The notes under the pieces are model-generated. The model was not told the origin of the DNA and did no database searches. It saw only the letters and a program-made list of their open reading frames with translations. A stretch of DNA of 54,669 nt from Catajapyx aquilonaris (taxonomy: Eukaryota), in contig JYFJ02002568.1 of NCBI GenBank assembly GCA_000934665.2, positions 1-54,669 on the forward strand, read 5' to 3'. A program made the translations under genes and the position numbers. This document shows, one piece after another, positions 40,367 through 52,895 of the stretch; position 1 is the stretch's first letter, and each line of letters opens with the position of its first letter.

Positions 40367-42173
40367 TTAACTGGGTCCAGTACCTTCGCCTTGGTATCCC
40401 GATGCAACGCCCATCAGTCCCTTGGTGGCCACAACTGGGCTGGATTCACTAAGATTTTGTTCCAGTCCTTTCCAAGACCTTCCAGCCAAAAATTCACCCC
40501 CACCTCCAACATGTATTTGGGAAACCGCAAGTGCATCCTCGCGTTTCAATAGTTCTGAGCTGGACTCAGGCTTTTGCTCCACTCCCATGGTTCTGACCCC
40601 ACCTGTGATCAATGACACATCCGGAGTGTCTTCTGTCACATCCAAAGACAAATCCACAAAATGGGAAGCACCTGAAAATAATAGGCAGTAATAAGTACAT
40701 GGAATAATAACGAATGAAAAAACAGCGTACCAGGAAGGAGCTGCCTGAAGTCAGTCACGTAATCACCAGTCCATTCCCTGATGGGATTGTACGCAATTTC
40801 AAGCTCGTAGGGTGTGAGGATGGGCTGGTAGAATTCCTTGGAGTCCAGATACGAGCTGTTCTCTGGGCAGGCCACTAACACATAGACATCTATCTCAGCA
40901 AAGTTGGCCAGTTTGGCTGGATTCGGCTTCCCCACGGCTATTATGTACGGACGCTTCCCAGCTGCCTTAATCGTAGACTTGAGCCTGTCTATGATTTCCA
41001 AGAAGTCTGCCACATGAAGAGTTCCCACCAGTATTCCAACCCTCTTCGCATCTCGAGCCTTCTCCACCATAAAGTAACGCTTCATCAGCATTCGATTTCC
41101 ACCAATAACCTCATTTCTCACTGAATTGTCAGTCGGATCATATGACGTAAACTGACAAGAAGGAAGCGACATCATGAAGTTCACAAGCACTTGGTTTCGT
41201 TCACCCACAAAGAATATCCCGTAGGATGTCAAGTCCTCCTCTTCGATGTCAAAACGCCGACCAAATTTACGGACTCCACCTGATGAATCGGTGTACTCGC
41301 CCAGGATAAGATTAGGATATTCTTCTTTCAATAAGCTGTGCAGATTGCCTGTAGAAGATAAATTAATTCAAAAATTTGCAGAGTAAGATATGGGTACTAT
41401 GAAAAAGAATTAATCTCGCTGACAGCAGATGAGCTAGTTTCAAAATATGTTTCAAATACAATTTCCTTACTTCAAAATCAGTTTTTTTAAATGTAATATT
41501 CAGCACTTTCCAGCATGTTCTGTACAGGTCCCAGTAAAAATAACTGACTTTTAATTCAGGTCATTACATAAGTGTTCACCTATGCAGAAGCCATACTTAC
41601 ACAACGAGTGGTAGTACACCATATTGCACAGTAATGCAATATGGGCTGTATGGTCCTGACACGTCTCCTTGAATGCACTAGTGATGCTGTCAATATCAAA
41701 CGCCTGCCTGGTGAACACATACAGCACCGGTAATCGTCTCGTCGGACTCAGGCATGAATGTCCAAAGTGTATGACCCCATCAGCCTGTGCATGCTCCGCC
41801 GCCACCTCATCCACACAGCAGCTGCAACAAATCGCATTAGCTTGTCGTTCAATCAACACGACACTGACAATGCTCACCTCCCATAAGACGTGTCGCCTAG
41901 AATGTAAACGTCTCTTCCGATGGCCTCCTTTAGTGCCAGTGCCACAGGGGCCGAGTCTGCCAGCATCTGATCCGGAAACTGGAGGCAAACGTGCTGCATA
42001 CCCGGACTGGACCTGATCCATTCAACGCATCTGTCCAGCTCATAAACTCTGCCCAGGTCATCCTTTGGGGTCGCCACAGACTTGGAAGCCTCTGTCTCCC
42101 TGGAAAGGACGTCCGAGTCGCTACTACTGAAAGCAGTCGGGTTGTCCACATCCTCAGCAGTCGTATCGTCCAT
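40367..42173 (-). CDS. DPH2: Diphthamide biosynthesis protein 2 (2-(3-amino-3-carboxypropyl)histidine synthase subunit 2), about 479 aa, 4 exons
   Basis: Exons 41878-42173, 41601-41821, 40731-41348 and 40367-40671. Motifs: LQFPD, ILGDTSYGSCCVDEVAAEH, HFGHSCLS, GILVGTL, GKPNPAKLANF, VACPE, TPYE, and the DPH2-type C-terminus RSWKGLE...G..GVASGY..E. Confidence 0.93.
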
Positions 42174-42454
42174 CTCTTTACGTTGTACAGAGTACAGAGA
42201 GTTAATTGAACGGGTAAAAACTACTCATGAAAATAAACACATGGTCTTATAAAGTCGCCATCTTGTTCAAGGTGCTTTACTTCAAGGTTTGCGCTTTTAG
42301 CTTACAATTCTCTAAAAGTAACAACTAATTTAATTATTATAATATGTCAATATTATAGCTAGTCTCTAATAAATATCTTTTAGTGCTAATGATTTATTTA
42401 TTTATTTATTATTTATTTTTAAGTGGACATCCTGCTGTATGCACCTTGCCGAAG
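42174..42454. promoter_or_regulatory. Short AT-rich divergent promoter between DPH2 and MESD
   Basis: Only 281 bp separate the two divergent ATGs. A YY1/Pho-like CGCCATCTT lies at 42256-42264. Confidence 0.6.
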
Positions 42455-43054
42455 ATGGCGGCCAAGATGGAACGTTGCATTATTATTTTCCTGTTGCTGC
42501 TGGCCTGCAGCTTGGCCAAAAAGTCTTCTGATGATGACAAGCCTGCTTGGGCCAAGAAGAACCTGATGGACTACAGCGATGCGGATTTGGAGCGGCTGTA
42601 CGACCAGTGGGAGGAGGATGAGGAGCCACTGGAGGAGGATGAGCTGCCGGAGCATCTCAGGCCACAGCCTCAGGTGGACATGTCGCAGATGGACTTCTCT
42701 GATCCGCAGAAGATCCTGAAGCTCACCAAGAAGGGGAAGACGCTCATGTCGTTCGTGTCCGTCACTGGGAATCCGGCCAGGCATGAGACGGACGAGATGA
42801 CCAAGCTCTGGCAGAGCTCCTTATGGAACAATCACATCCAGGCTGAACGGTTCATGGTGGATGATGCCAGGGCCATCTTCCTCTTCAAGGACGGGTCGCA
42901 GGCTTGGGAGGCCAAGGACTTCCTCATTGAGCAGGAAAGGTGTGCCGAAGTGGTGATTGAGAACTACAGTTACTATGGGAAGCACACGGAGAAGGGGAAG
43001 AAGCAGCAGGAGGAAGAGGAGGCCAAGAAGCATAAAAAGAAGGATGAATTATGA
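42455..43054 (+). CDS. MESD: LDLR chaperone MESD/boca, 199 aa, single coding exon
   Basis: Signal peptide, DYSDADLERLYDQWEED, ELPEHLRP, KKGKTLMSFVSV, LWQSSLWNNHI, AIFLFKDGSQAWEAKDFL, and a C-terminal KDEL ER-retention signal. Confidence 0.95.
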   Translation: MAAKMERCIIIFLLLLACSLAKKSSDDDKPAWAKKNLMDYSDADLERLYDQWEEDEEPLEEDELPEHLRPQPQVDMSQMDFSDPQKILKLTKKGKTLMSFVSVTGNPARHETDEMTKLWQSSLWNNHIQAERFMVDDARAIFLFKDGSQAWEAKDFLIEQERCAEVVIENYSYYGKHTEKGKKQQEEEEAKKHKKKDEL

Positions 43055-43491
43055 TTCTCAGTTACGGCTACTTAAAAAGACTGATGAAATTTTTTCCATG
43101 GACATAAGATGTGAAAAGCTTGTTAAATATGTTATTTTTTGATATGGTGTGACTGAATGCGTGTTTGGTTCATTGATGGAGATTATAATCACAAATAGCA
43201 GAGGCGTTTAATTATCTTCTGCAAGTAATTCTTGTGCATAAAGTGACGGAACAGAATAAATGTGATTATTAGCAAACCAATCCTGTTGCATTATTTGCAC
43301 ACACCGTCTCGATGGAATGGCTTTTTTCGCATTGCACCAAAACCCAGATATCCAAGTAAAAATCACACATTTCTGCCTGGTTAGACGTGGATAAAAACAA
43401 CATGCAACATTTCAGATCTGTAAAATGCTCCTTTATTCATAAAGGCAAAAAAAAAAATAGTCTCTGGCGATATAAATGTCACCAAATTCTT

Positions 43492-45675
43492 CTAAATGTT
43501 GAGCTGGACCTCTCCTGACAACTGGTTCTTGTACTTATGCAGGACTGGATGGACTTCTTCTTTCAAGAATTCTGTCACCTGCATGGTGAAAAGTTTAAAC
43601 AAAATTAAAATGAGATCATAACTTACAGTTTATGACACGCCAAACTTTCGACATCAGATTCGCTCCACATATGGTCACTTCTCTCACCTGACTTGGAGCC
43701 CGCCCGATGTATCCAGAAGGCTCCAAGAGATTTCCCAGTTGGCTATGTATGGGCTTGAAGTATGGATCAGCCTGGATGCGTTGCACCAGATCATTGTCTT
43801 TGCCTTCCTTCTTTACCACGTCTCCTGCTAACTGGGACAGCTGCCTGATCTTTTCATGGCAATCCTAAAAACATAAGCCAACGATAATATTCTATGCTGC
43901 CATGACTTATGTTTGATTTTTCCCACCGAAGCATGTCATGTTGTTATCCTAAGTCACGCTAATTACAGCAAGATTTGATCATACCTGCCTGTCACCTCCA
44001 GCCTTGACCATGGCCATGATTATGTTCTCAGTGGCCATGAAGGGAAGCTCCTTATTTATGTTCCTCTTAATCACTTTCTCGTATACGACAAGGCCTTCCA
44101 ACACATTCTGAAGAGTCTGTAAGACGCTGTCTGCAGTCAGGAATGCCTCGGAAAGAGTCAATCTCCTGAAATGACAATGAAGTTAATGTATCACTCTGTC
44201 TCATCGTTTAAATCTGAGAATAATTTTATCACAGACGTTTGAACCAACAAGGGCTTATGAACAATTACAGGCAGAAAATTAGATGAGTAAAAGTTACACA
44301 TCTCGACTAAGTATTAGCGGCCAATACCGACCTGTTCGCACTATCATCCAGTGTGCGCTCCATCCACTGTGTAGCATGTGTGTTGGTAGCATTTGCGTAG
44401 AGTGACATGAGATGGCGTGCAAGAGAGCAGCATCGTTCTGAGCGCATGGGGTTACGCTTGTAGGCCATGGCACTCGACCCTATCTGGTCCTTCTCAAATG
44501 GCTCCTCCACTTCTTTCATGTTTGCCAGCAGGCGAATGTCGGAGCACATCTGTAACAAAATTATGTTTGTGTACTCATGCCTTATAATAAGAAAAAAAAA
44601 AATCCTCACCTTATGGACAGTTGATCCCAGACTTGCCAATGCTCCCACACATTCCACATCCACCTTTCGTGAATATGTCTGTCCGCATATCACGTAAGAG
44701 CGCTTGAATCCTGCCAATGCTGTCACTTGCTCGTCCAGTTTCTTCACTTTGTCTTCATCTCCTGCATTAAGCACAAATGACATTAATTGCTCCATGAAAT
44801 GGACACACAATGCGACTCCTTACCATCCAGCAGCTGCATAAACGACGCCTGGGTTCCAGTAGTTCCCTTGACTCCACGGAACCGCAAGTCACTCTGAGCT
44901 CTAGACAATGCCCTTTCATCCATGACAAGGTCCTGAAGCCAAAGACAGGCGCGCTTACCCACAGTCGTCAACTGGGCTGGCCTATGTGAAGAAATAAGTC
45001 ATTATCCCGCAATCTGAATTGTACGTTATGTAGTACAGCACGCCTAGTAACTCACTGCATGTGTGTGAAGCCCAATGTTGGAAGCGCCTTATTCTGATCC
45101 GCAAACTTCGCAAGCCGGTCGATGCATCGAGCCACTTTGGGAAGAAGGATATCAAATCCATCCCTCAGAATAATCAAGTCCTGAAATGGCAGTTCGGTCA
45201 TTGATTTGAATTAATAACCAAATGTTACATGCATTACCGTGTTATCTCCAACGTAGCAGGACGTGGCTCCCAAATGAATGATGCCTTTCGATTTCTCACA
45301 GCATTTGCCGAAAGTGTGTACGTGAGCCATCACATCGTGGCGCACCTTCTTCTCCTCCGCCGCAGCCATCTCAAAATCAATATTGAAAATGTTGGCTTCC
45401 ATCTCGCGGATCTGCACATCCGTAATATCAAGTCCCACATCCTACAACGAGGCACCGTTGTGACTAATGTTACATAACCCTTTTGACCTGATAGTGACCT
45501 TTTCAGCCTTGGCCAGGTACAGCCAGAGTTTCCTCCAGGTCGAGAATTTCTTCAGGTTGCTAAAGTTGTACTGCATCTCCTTGGAGCTGTACCGTGTGGA
45601 CAGTGGTGAGACGTACGAGGCCATGGACTCCATATGAGGCCTCTCCTGCAGCACACGATCCATTTCGGACGCCAT
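43492..45675 (-). CDS. ADSL: Adenylosuccinate lyase, about 492 aa, 9 coding exons
   Basis: Exons 45499-45675, 45238-45441, 45056-45180, 44824-44981, 44610-44761, 44332-44549, 43985-44165, 43688-43864 and 43492-43578; a 5'UTR intron lies at 45693-45749. Motifs: [71 protein letters not shown]. Confidence 0.96.
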
Positions 45676-46878
45676 CTTCTCACAGAAAGAGACTGAAATC
45701 ACGAGAGAAGCCCAGTTATATCAGAAGAGGTCATGGCCTCATGACTTACCAAAAGATTACAGAGAGATCATCTTGCTAGTGAACACGTGAGTCGGCTACA
45801 TAGCTGCTGAGAACATAGCTACTTATGAATCACCGCTACAAATCATGGCTACAAATCGTACTGTAAATATTACATATAAATTATTACATATAAACTATAG
45901 GCACCAACTTGCCAAAATTGGGCAAAAAAATTAGGCAAAATTGCGAAACGCGGACCAGGCAGCGACATCCGACGGTAAAGTGCAGAAGTAAGCGAATAGC
46001 CACCCTGAAGGTGGCGCCCCGCTGCCGGAACGGCGTTTATGGGAACTCTGTGGAAAGGTCGCGGTGGGGAGTTTTTTTTTTAAAGCCGGTAGGCGTTTTT
46101 TGCATTTTATAAATTCCCTGGAGACTATTTCCAAAAAATAAAAGTTTATTGCAAATATAGGAAACGCGGGCTAAATTTGGACATCACTCCCAATGCTGTA
46201 GGCCGTACACAGCGGGAGGAATCGCCCTCACAGTAGGGTTTTTTTTAAATAATTATTCTGTGATAGGGCGGAGCCCTTTTAGGGTGGAAGGGGAGGTTCT
46301 CGAGGGAGGGCGCTGTAATTAGTCATTTCTGACTTTCTGAAATACACCAGACCTTTTCTCCTGGCCCTGGGCAGAGTAGGGAGTGCAATTCTGCCCCCAG
46401 CATGTCAGGGGAAAAGCGGAAAAAGACCCGGCCAAGCAGAGGTGGCGGGGACACAGTAGGGTATTAATAATATAGATATTGTTTATTGTTTATTATTTAT
46501 TGTGTACAAATGTACCTTCTGTCGGTATTACTCTTGAATAAATATAATAGTACCTAAATTCGTTGTGTGCTTCTTTATTGGTTGGCATTCCGGTATGTAT
46601 AGGCCTATCACTTCTTCAATTATGCTTAACATTAATTTCAACCTTGTTTTGAATATTTGGAAGATTTGGCCATGCATTTACCACAAGCTTAGCACGTGAC
46701 TTGTGAATCCGCCCACGCATTAAGGAACGGTTTTTTTTACATTAGTGTAAGGAAAATAAGCTCTCTCATCCGGGCTATTTCTGGGCGTTGGTCCAGAGTA
46801 ATAGTCTTTGGGCGTTTTCTTTTTCCAACAGTCAGGTCAGATTACTGCTGCTGTGAAGATCCTGGAGGTTATTAGACG

Positions 46879-48543
46879 ATGGAAAGTGTTGATATTGGAC
46901 AAGAAGTAGTGAAAAGTAGGCCTACCTGGAATATTTACGAAGCTTTTGCACCACTTGGAATATTAGCGAAAATTGTTGGAATTTTTCCGGCTCTCAACAT
47001 CTGTCATGGACCATATGTTGGTAGGGAATGGATCTCCTTCTTTATCTTACCGTTTGTGAAGATTGCGGAACATTTAGTGCTGTACTATCAGGATCCGCAA
47101 AATTTGCATCAGCTCTTCGCACGCTTTAACACCGTTAGGAATTATGTTGACAGCCTGGAAAATTACAATGAGCTCTTTTCTTCATCGCTGCAGTTTGTGC
47201 TGATGCAGGTGTACTTCGGACAAGTGTGCGTGATATTCGAGCGAATCGCTAATTTCGATGCGAAACTTAACAACACTGTGAACGAACAGATGCAAAAGAC
47301 GATGGTATTTCTCATGTCCTTGATCGCAATGTATGTGGTGTTCTCTCTGGTTGAGATTTTCATTATAGAGAACTACGACGATGATACTTGGGGTGTGCTG
47401 ATGACCAGATTGATGCACATTGTATGCACTATGGTCATATTCGTCCCACTGTTCATCATCATATTCTTGTCTGAATCTATTCGTCGAAGATTTGCACTCA
47501 TTACAAGCGAGGTGAAGCTCATCACAGACAGATTGCCCAAGACATTTTCCGGTAACACTTCGGACAACACTGTGGTAGACATCAGTGACGAACCCAAATT
47601 AGTGGACACCCTGTCTGACCTGTGCGGTGCGTGTGACGAACTGACGGACATCATTTCCAGTATGAGTCGAGTTCTGGGACATTCACTGTCTCTGTGCTTC
47701 CTCAGCCTCCTATTCGACATCATTGCAATGGTCTCCTCCATTTTTCTGGATGATAAAGGGTGGACAGAATCGATGGCAGACTTGTTCGGACTTCTTGGAG
47801 AAATTGTGGCCAGAGTTTCTATTCTGACGCTTACCACCCTCATGTTATCCCGAATTCCCTTCGAGGTAAGTGACATTATGATCTTATCAGATGTTATTCT
47901 CTAGTTACGTACCCAGAAGTAACTCAAGAGGATATTAAAAGTTACAGTACATCCTTTACAAAAAATTGCTGGACTACATTTGCTTCCTACTTATTTTGAC
48001 TTCTCAGTCTTGGCTGGGCAATTATTACATATATTATCAAATAAAAGGACGGAAGGCTTTTATTACGTAATGCATGGCATTTGAACGCATGTGTTCTGTC
48101 TATTTTCAGGCCACAAAGTCCTGCAGAAGTTTACAGCGAGTTCGCATAGCAAACTTGTATTCAGATGCTAAGGAAATGGTGAGTTACTGTCCCATTTGTT
48201 GCAAGAACATATGACATTATTATTTCGTTCATATTACTGTACCAATTGAACTCTTTATTCGAAGGTGTTGCAACTTTTGGAGAGGTTGTCGTCACGATCC
48301 TTCAAAATCACTGGAGCGGACTTGTTCGACATAGAAAGAAACCTACTAACTGCCGTAAGCAAACATTATTTTATTGACTCAATGCCAGGACATAAGTACA
48401 TCAGGTTTGTCGTGTGACTATAACGCTGGTTCTTAATTTTACAGATTGGGACAGTAATTACAACCTACGTCATCGTGCTGGTGCAATTTCGCGACAGCGA
48501 AACAGATAATAATCGGCCTAAAGGCAATGGGACATCATATTAA
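46879..48543 (+). CDS. Gustatory receptor (7TM chemoreceptor superfamily), about 414 aa, 4 exons
   Basis: Exons 46879-47865, 48110-48178, 48265-48354 and 48445-48543. It has multiple hydrophobic helices, three phase-0 introns near the C-terminus, ITGADLFDI and the TM7 motif TYVIVLVQF. Confidence 0.88.
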
Positions 48544-51362
48544 TTACAGAAAAGTTCAAGGAAACAAAGGGACCATTAATATTTTAAGAAGATTATAGTC
48601 ATTTTTATAGCCGGTGTGTCACGTGTTCTTTTCATTCCTCTATAAATGTTCAAGCAACGCTACACACTACTGCTCTCTACTATTCCTTCATTACATGCGC
48701 ATATTATCAAATGATATGCGATATGACATGGAAACATAGATGCACAACTTAATTAAATTCAATTACAATTGAAGGTAGTCGAGAAAAATGATATACACAT
48801 ATCAATTATTATGTACACTCTTTATATGTTAATTACAGTGTCAATAATGCCCTGGTGAAATCGAGATTTCGACACTATAGTACAGGTATGTCCACTTTTA
48901 TTGTTTTACAGGAAGAGAGTCTGGTACTTCATTGTATTTATATATGATTATGGGGCAAAATAATGAGATGTAATGGGCGTGTCTCGTTGTGTGCTCCTCG
49001 AGATGATTGCGCCCCATGAGAGAGTGTTGTTATGTATTTTTTTGCGCAAAATAAAAACATTTCGCATCTATGAAGGTCATCTTTACGCCTTGAGAAAATG
49101 CATATTATAATGTAATTAATACCCTCTTTACAGTGATTGCGCAGATAATCAGAGACGTTTCATTAGTTACGGTAGCTCTTAAAAGCAATACCGGTAATGC
49201 TGTACAATCTATCCCTTGTAATACGACGTATTATTGAAGTAACATGGTTACATCATAACTGACTGCGTTACAAAATCACAGCAGATGTGCCACCGAGTAA
49301 AGCCTGATGAGTTACGTCTTAATTAAATGGTTTGGTTTTCGTCATTTCACACAGTCTCCCTACATTTGATATTTGTTTTGGGCTAACGAGTAGATCTGCC
49401 TTGGCTGGATTTATCACTCACCTAAAAAGCTTGGTTTACAACTAATTTTAGAGAGTCGGTTAATAAGTGAAGCCTTTACTTATACTGTACTGACAATGAG
49501 TCACATGACAATATTTTGTAAGCATTTATCTACTGTTACTCAACAGTCAAAATATGCGCTTACAAGGTATCAGCACTGACCAGCACTGTGACTGACATTA
49601 ATCGCTTTTGCCGCCGCGGAAATAATGCGATTAATTTTCAAGGTTTCGTGATTAAACATGGATTTTGTGCTTGACGGATAATATATTCTCTATAAACAAC
49701 TCTTCAAACGTGGACTATGCTATATGCACACTATGTAAAAAAAATTGTGGCATAAAACATTATGGTAATTTCTTGTTGGCAGGAATGAATAATTCCACAG
49801 TGAAGATATAATTTAAATGTACAATCAACAACGGAGAAATGTAACAACTTTGACAATTTTCTTATAATATAGTACAGATGAAGTTGAAGCGTTATTCTTA
49901 GAAATCGAAATAATCAGATGGGGCCTCAGCCACGATTCCACTTTTAAAAAATCGTCAGCGACAGAAAGGAATAAGATTCGCGAGATTCGACGTCTGACAT
50001 AATTCCAGAGATAGATTGGAAAGAATATCCGTCAGACAGTTCCAGAGAAGTAAACCAAACCTATATCTTTACATCAGCTGCGGGTTTCCACAGAAGCTAA
50101 ATAAAGAATCGACAGGGTAAGCGTCGTTTTACAAACGTATATACATAAGCTTTATATTGACTTTGTCAGTCCAGTCTGCGCTCAGCTATTGCTATTCATA
50201 AAAGAAATCGTGTGTACAATACTATAGGGTGATATAATTTAAACAAACAGTTCGTGTTGTTGACAGTCTCAACTTCTCTGACACAGTTTCATCTACCAAA
50301 TGCCCATAAGCTACATTAAAAGTAAGTAGCAAATAAGCCGGCATCGCGTGTCTCGTTTCCATAATAATTATTACATGCACTAATGTTTTCCAGAAAGACC
50401 AACAGGTTCTGGAATTAATGTTTCATTTCCCTCTGTATGTATACATTTTTGCAGACAGTACCGTACTCACAATCACGCGATGTGACATTACTAGCATTAT
50501 ACTGTCCAAATGAGTGATGAGAACGTTGAATACCATTTTCGACAAATAATTGCACATTTTTACTAATGAATGTCCAGTGATAATAATAACTAGTTTTAAT
50601 GCATTACCGTGATTTATAAAAGTATGAAGAATGTCGACGTAACTTGCAAGTCCTGTTTGAAACTATTGCGAACTAAATATAATTACCTACTACTTTTTCA
50701 GTGAAACATTAACATTCCGCTAAATAATATCCGCGTTATCAGTACATTCATGATGAGGAAGTTTCCAGGATAATAAGAGCCGTTCTTTTCAATAATAACA
50801 TATTCCCTACAGTACTGTCCTTACCACCACTTCCTACTAAATGAAACGGGCGGGAAGAGTAAGTTCATAAGTGTAATTACATGCACCTAATCTTTTATTA
50901 ACAGAAGCGGCGGTATACAGCTCCCTGGAGCCCCACAGTGCAAAGATAATAAGCTAATTTTAATATCCCTCGCATAAAGTAACCCACGTATGGACGGCTG
51001 CATTTTACCCCAGTTCAATAAACAAACATATCAATTACTGAACCAACAAGTACCAAAAATGGTGCAGGTCCGGAATTTGACGTCACTATAGCCTCCAATT
51101 GTTATCAGTTAGCAATCAATGTTGTCAATAGGCCTACACTATTTATCAAATGGACCAGGTCCATTACGGCATACTTAGTCGCAGTACTTGTAATATGATC
51201 CTGCATAAGTGCAAATTGTGTGCTTGCACTATCATGAAATGGAACTATAAGCTCCTTTCGGGGCACTTCCTGAGTTCCTGCTGGATGCGCGCCAAAATCG
51301 TCGCTGTTGGGCTCAGTTCTCGTCAGGACCTAACAGCACGTCGGAAGTGGTCGCATCTCAGC

Positions 51363-52895
51363 ATGTCAGGAAGTGAAGTGGTGCAGGTGATGGAACCGAC
51401 CAAGAGCAACACCTGGAGTGTGTATGATGCCTTCACACCTTTCGGAATCCTCGCCAAGGCGGTGGGCTTATTCCCAGTCAGAAACATCCTACGAGGGCCA
51501 TACGCTGCCAGGGAATGGATCACCATCTTCATCTTTCCGGTCTTCAATGTACTGGAGCACCTGGTGCTGTACTTGCAAGACCCAGAGCACATCACCTACA
51601 TATACGTCTCCTTTGGAAACGTCAGGGAGTATGTGGCCACTCTGGAAAATTACAACCAGACTGTCTGTTCCTGTGGTCAATTCATCCTCATGCAGTCATA
51701 TCTAAACAAAATATGTGCGGTGTTTAGAAAATTACACAACTTTGACTCTAAGGTGAAGCAAAATGTGAATGGGACGCTGAGGAAAGTGGCTGTGGGCTTG
51801 TGCGTGACTGGAGTTACGTACGCAGTCTTTTTCGTCTTGGAGTTTTACCTGATGGACGGCCTCTACGAGATGCCTTTGGGGATACAGATCCCTATGATGA
51901 TGCACATACTCTGCAACATGGTCATCCTCTTCCCGCTGTTCTTTGTCATTTTCTTATCGGAAGCTATTCGGCTCAGATTTGCTCTCATAACACGAGCCTT
52001 ACTTGACATAACAGACAAGTGGCCGAAAACATTCCCTGATTCTGAAACAACCGACAATGGCGATATGGACGAATCAATAAGCATTGTTGAAACGGAGACG
52101 AAGATGACTGACAGATTGTCTGATTTATGTGGTGCTTGCGATGAACTGACAGAAACAATTGCGGACGTTAGCGAAGCGATGGGATACTCCCTTTCTCTTG
52201 GGTTTTTGTGTCTCCTGTTCGATATAATATGCATGATATCCTCGATTTTTATTGACGAGGAAGGATGGGCGGAGTACGTCCCGGAGTTGCTTGGACTTAT
52301 AGGAGAAGTCGTGATGAGATTGGTTCTGTTAGTGTCCACCACCCTGATACTTTCAAGAATCGAAACAGAGGTAAGCTGCACGTGACATGCTTCAGCTAGG
52401 TAATTGCAGTTCATTTATCAGGCTTTATTTTCAAGTGTTTTTCCCCGCTCTTTTCTCATAAGGCTACCAAGTCTCTCAAAAATCTGTACCGTGTTCGCAT
52501 CGTGACTTTGGATCCAGATTGCAAGGAATTGGTGAGTAATTGTTGTCATGTGCAAGGTGGAAACGCTATGGAAGGATCAGTTTTGATTGACTAATTAATT
52601 GTATTTCGTTAATTGGGCAGGTGCTACAACTTTCGCAGCGGTTATCGTCTCCTTCGTTTAGAATCACGGGGGCAGACTTCTTTGATGTTAATCGCGGCCT
52701 TCTCACAGCCGTAAGTAGGCCTTTATGACCCTTACTTTGTGTACAGTGTTGAGGTATGTCATGTCTGCACACTTCAGTTCGCTTATATTATAACTCTTTC
52801 CGCAGATTGGAACAGCCATTACGACATACATCATAGTCCTGGTGCAATTCAAGGACAGCGAAAAGCAGACCCCAGCAGTTATTTCCGATACCTAG
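51363..52895 (+). CDS. Gustatory receptor, tandem paralog, about 418 aa, 4 exons
   Basis: Exons 51363-52370, 52463-52531, 52621-52710 and 52806-52895. Internal exon sizes (69 and 90 nt) are the same as in the upstream paralog; motifs ITGADFFDV and TYIIVLVQF. The start was chosen by alignment to the paralog. Confidence 0.88.

Noticed and set aside
42383..42454. Longer MESD ORF start
   Set aside because: It begins at a non-ATG codon in AT-rich promoter sequence; ATG 42455 precedes the signal peptide.
44448..44477. ADSL signature reads [10 protein letters not shown] rather than SSAMPYKRNP
   Set aside because: The Ala variant is known in functional enzymes (e.g. yeast Ade13); the catalytic Ser and Lys are intact.
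51150..51362. 71-aa N-terminal extension of the second GR in the ORF track
   Set aside because: It has no counterpart in the paralog; alignment supports the ATG at 51363.
5235..52414. Numerous ORFs antisense to or overlapping real exons (e.g. 5687-6190, 31209-31637, 42419-42784, 47373-47876, 51863-52414)
   Set aside because: Shadow ORFs arising from the codon structure of the true genes; no independent motifs.
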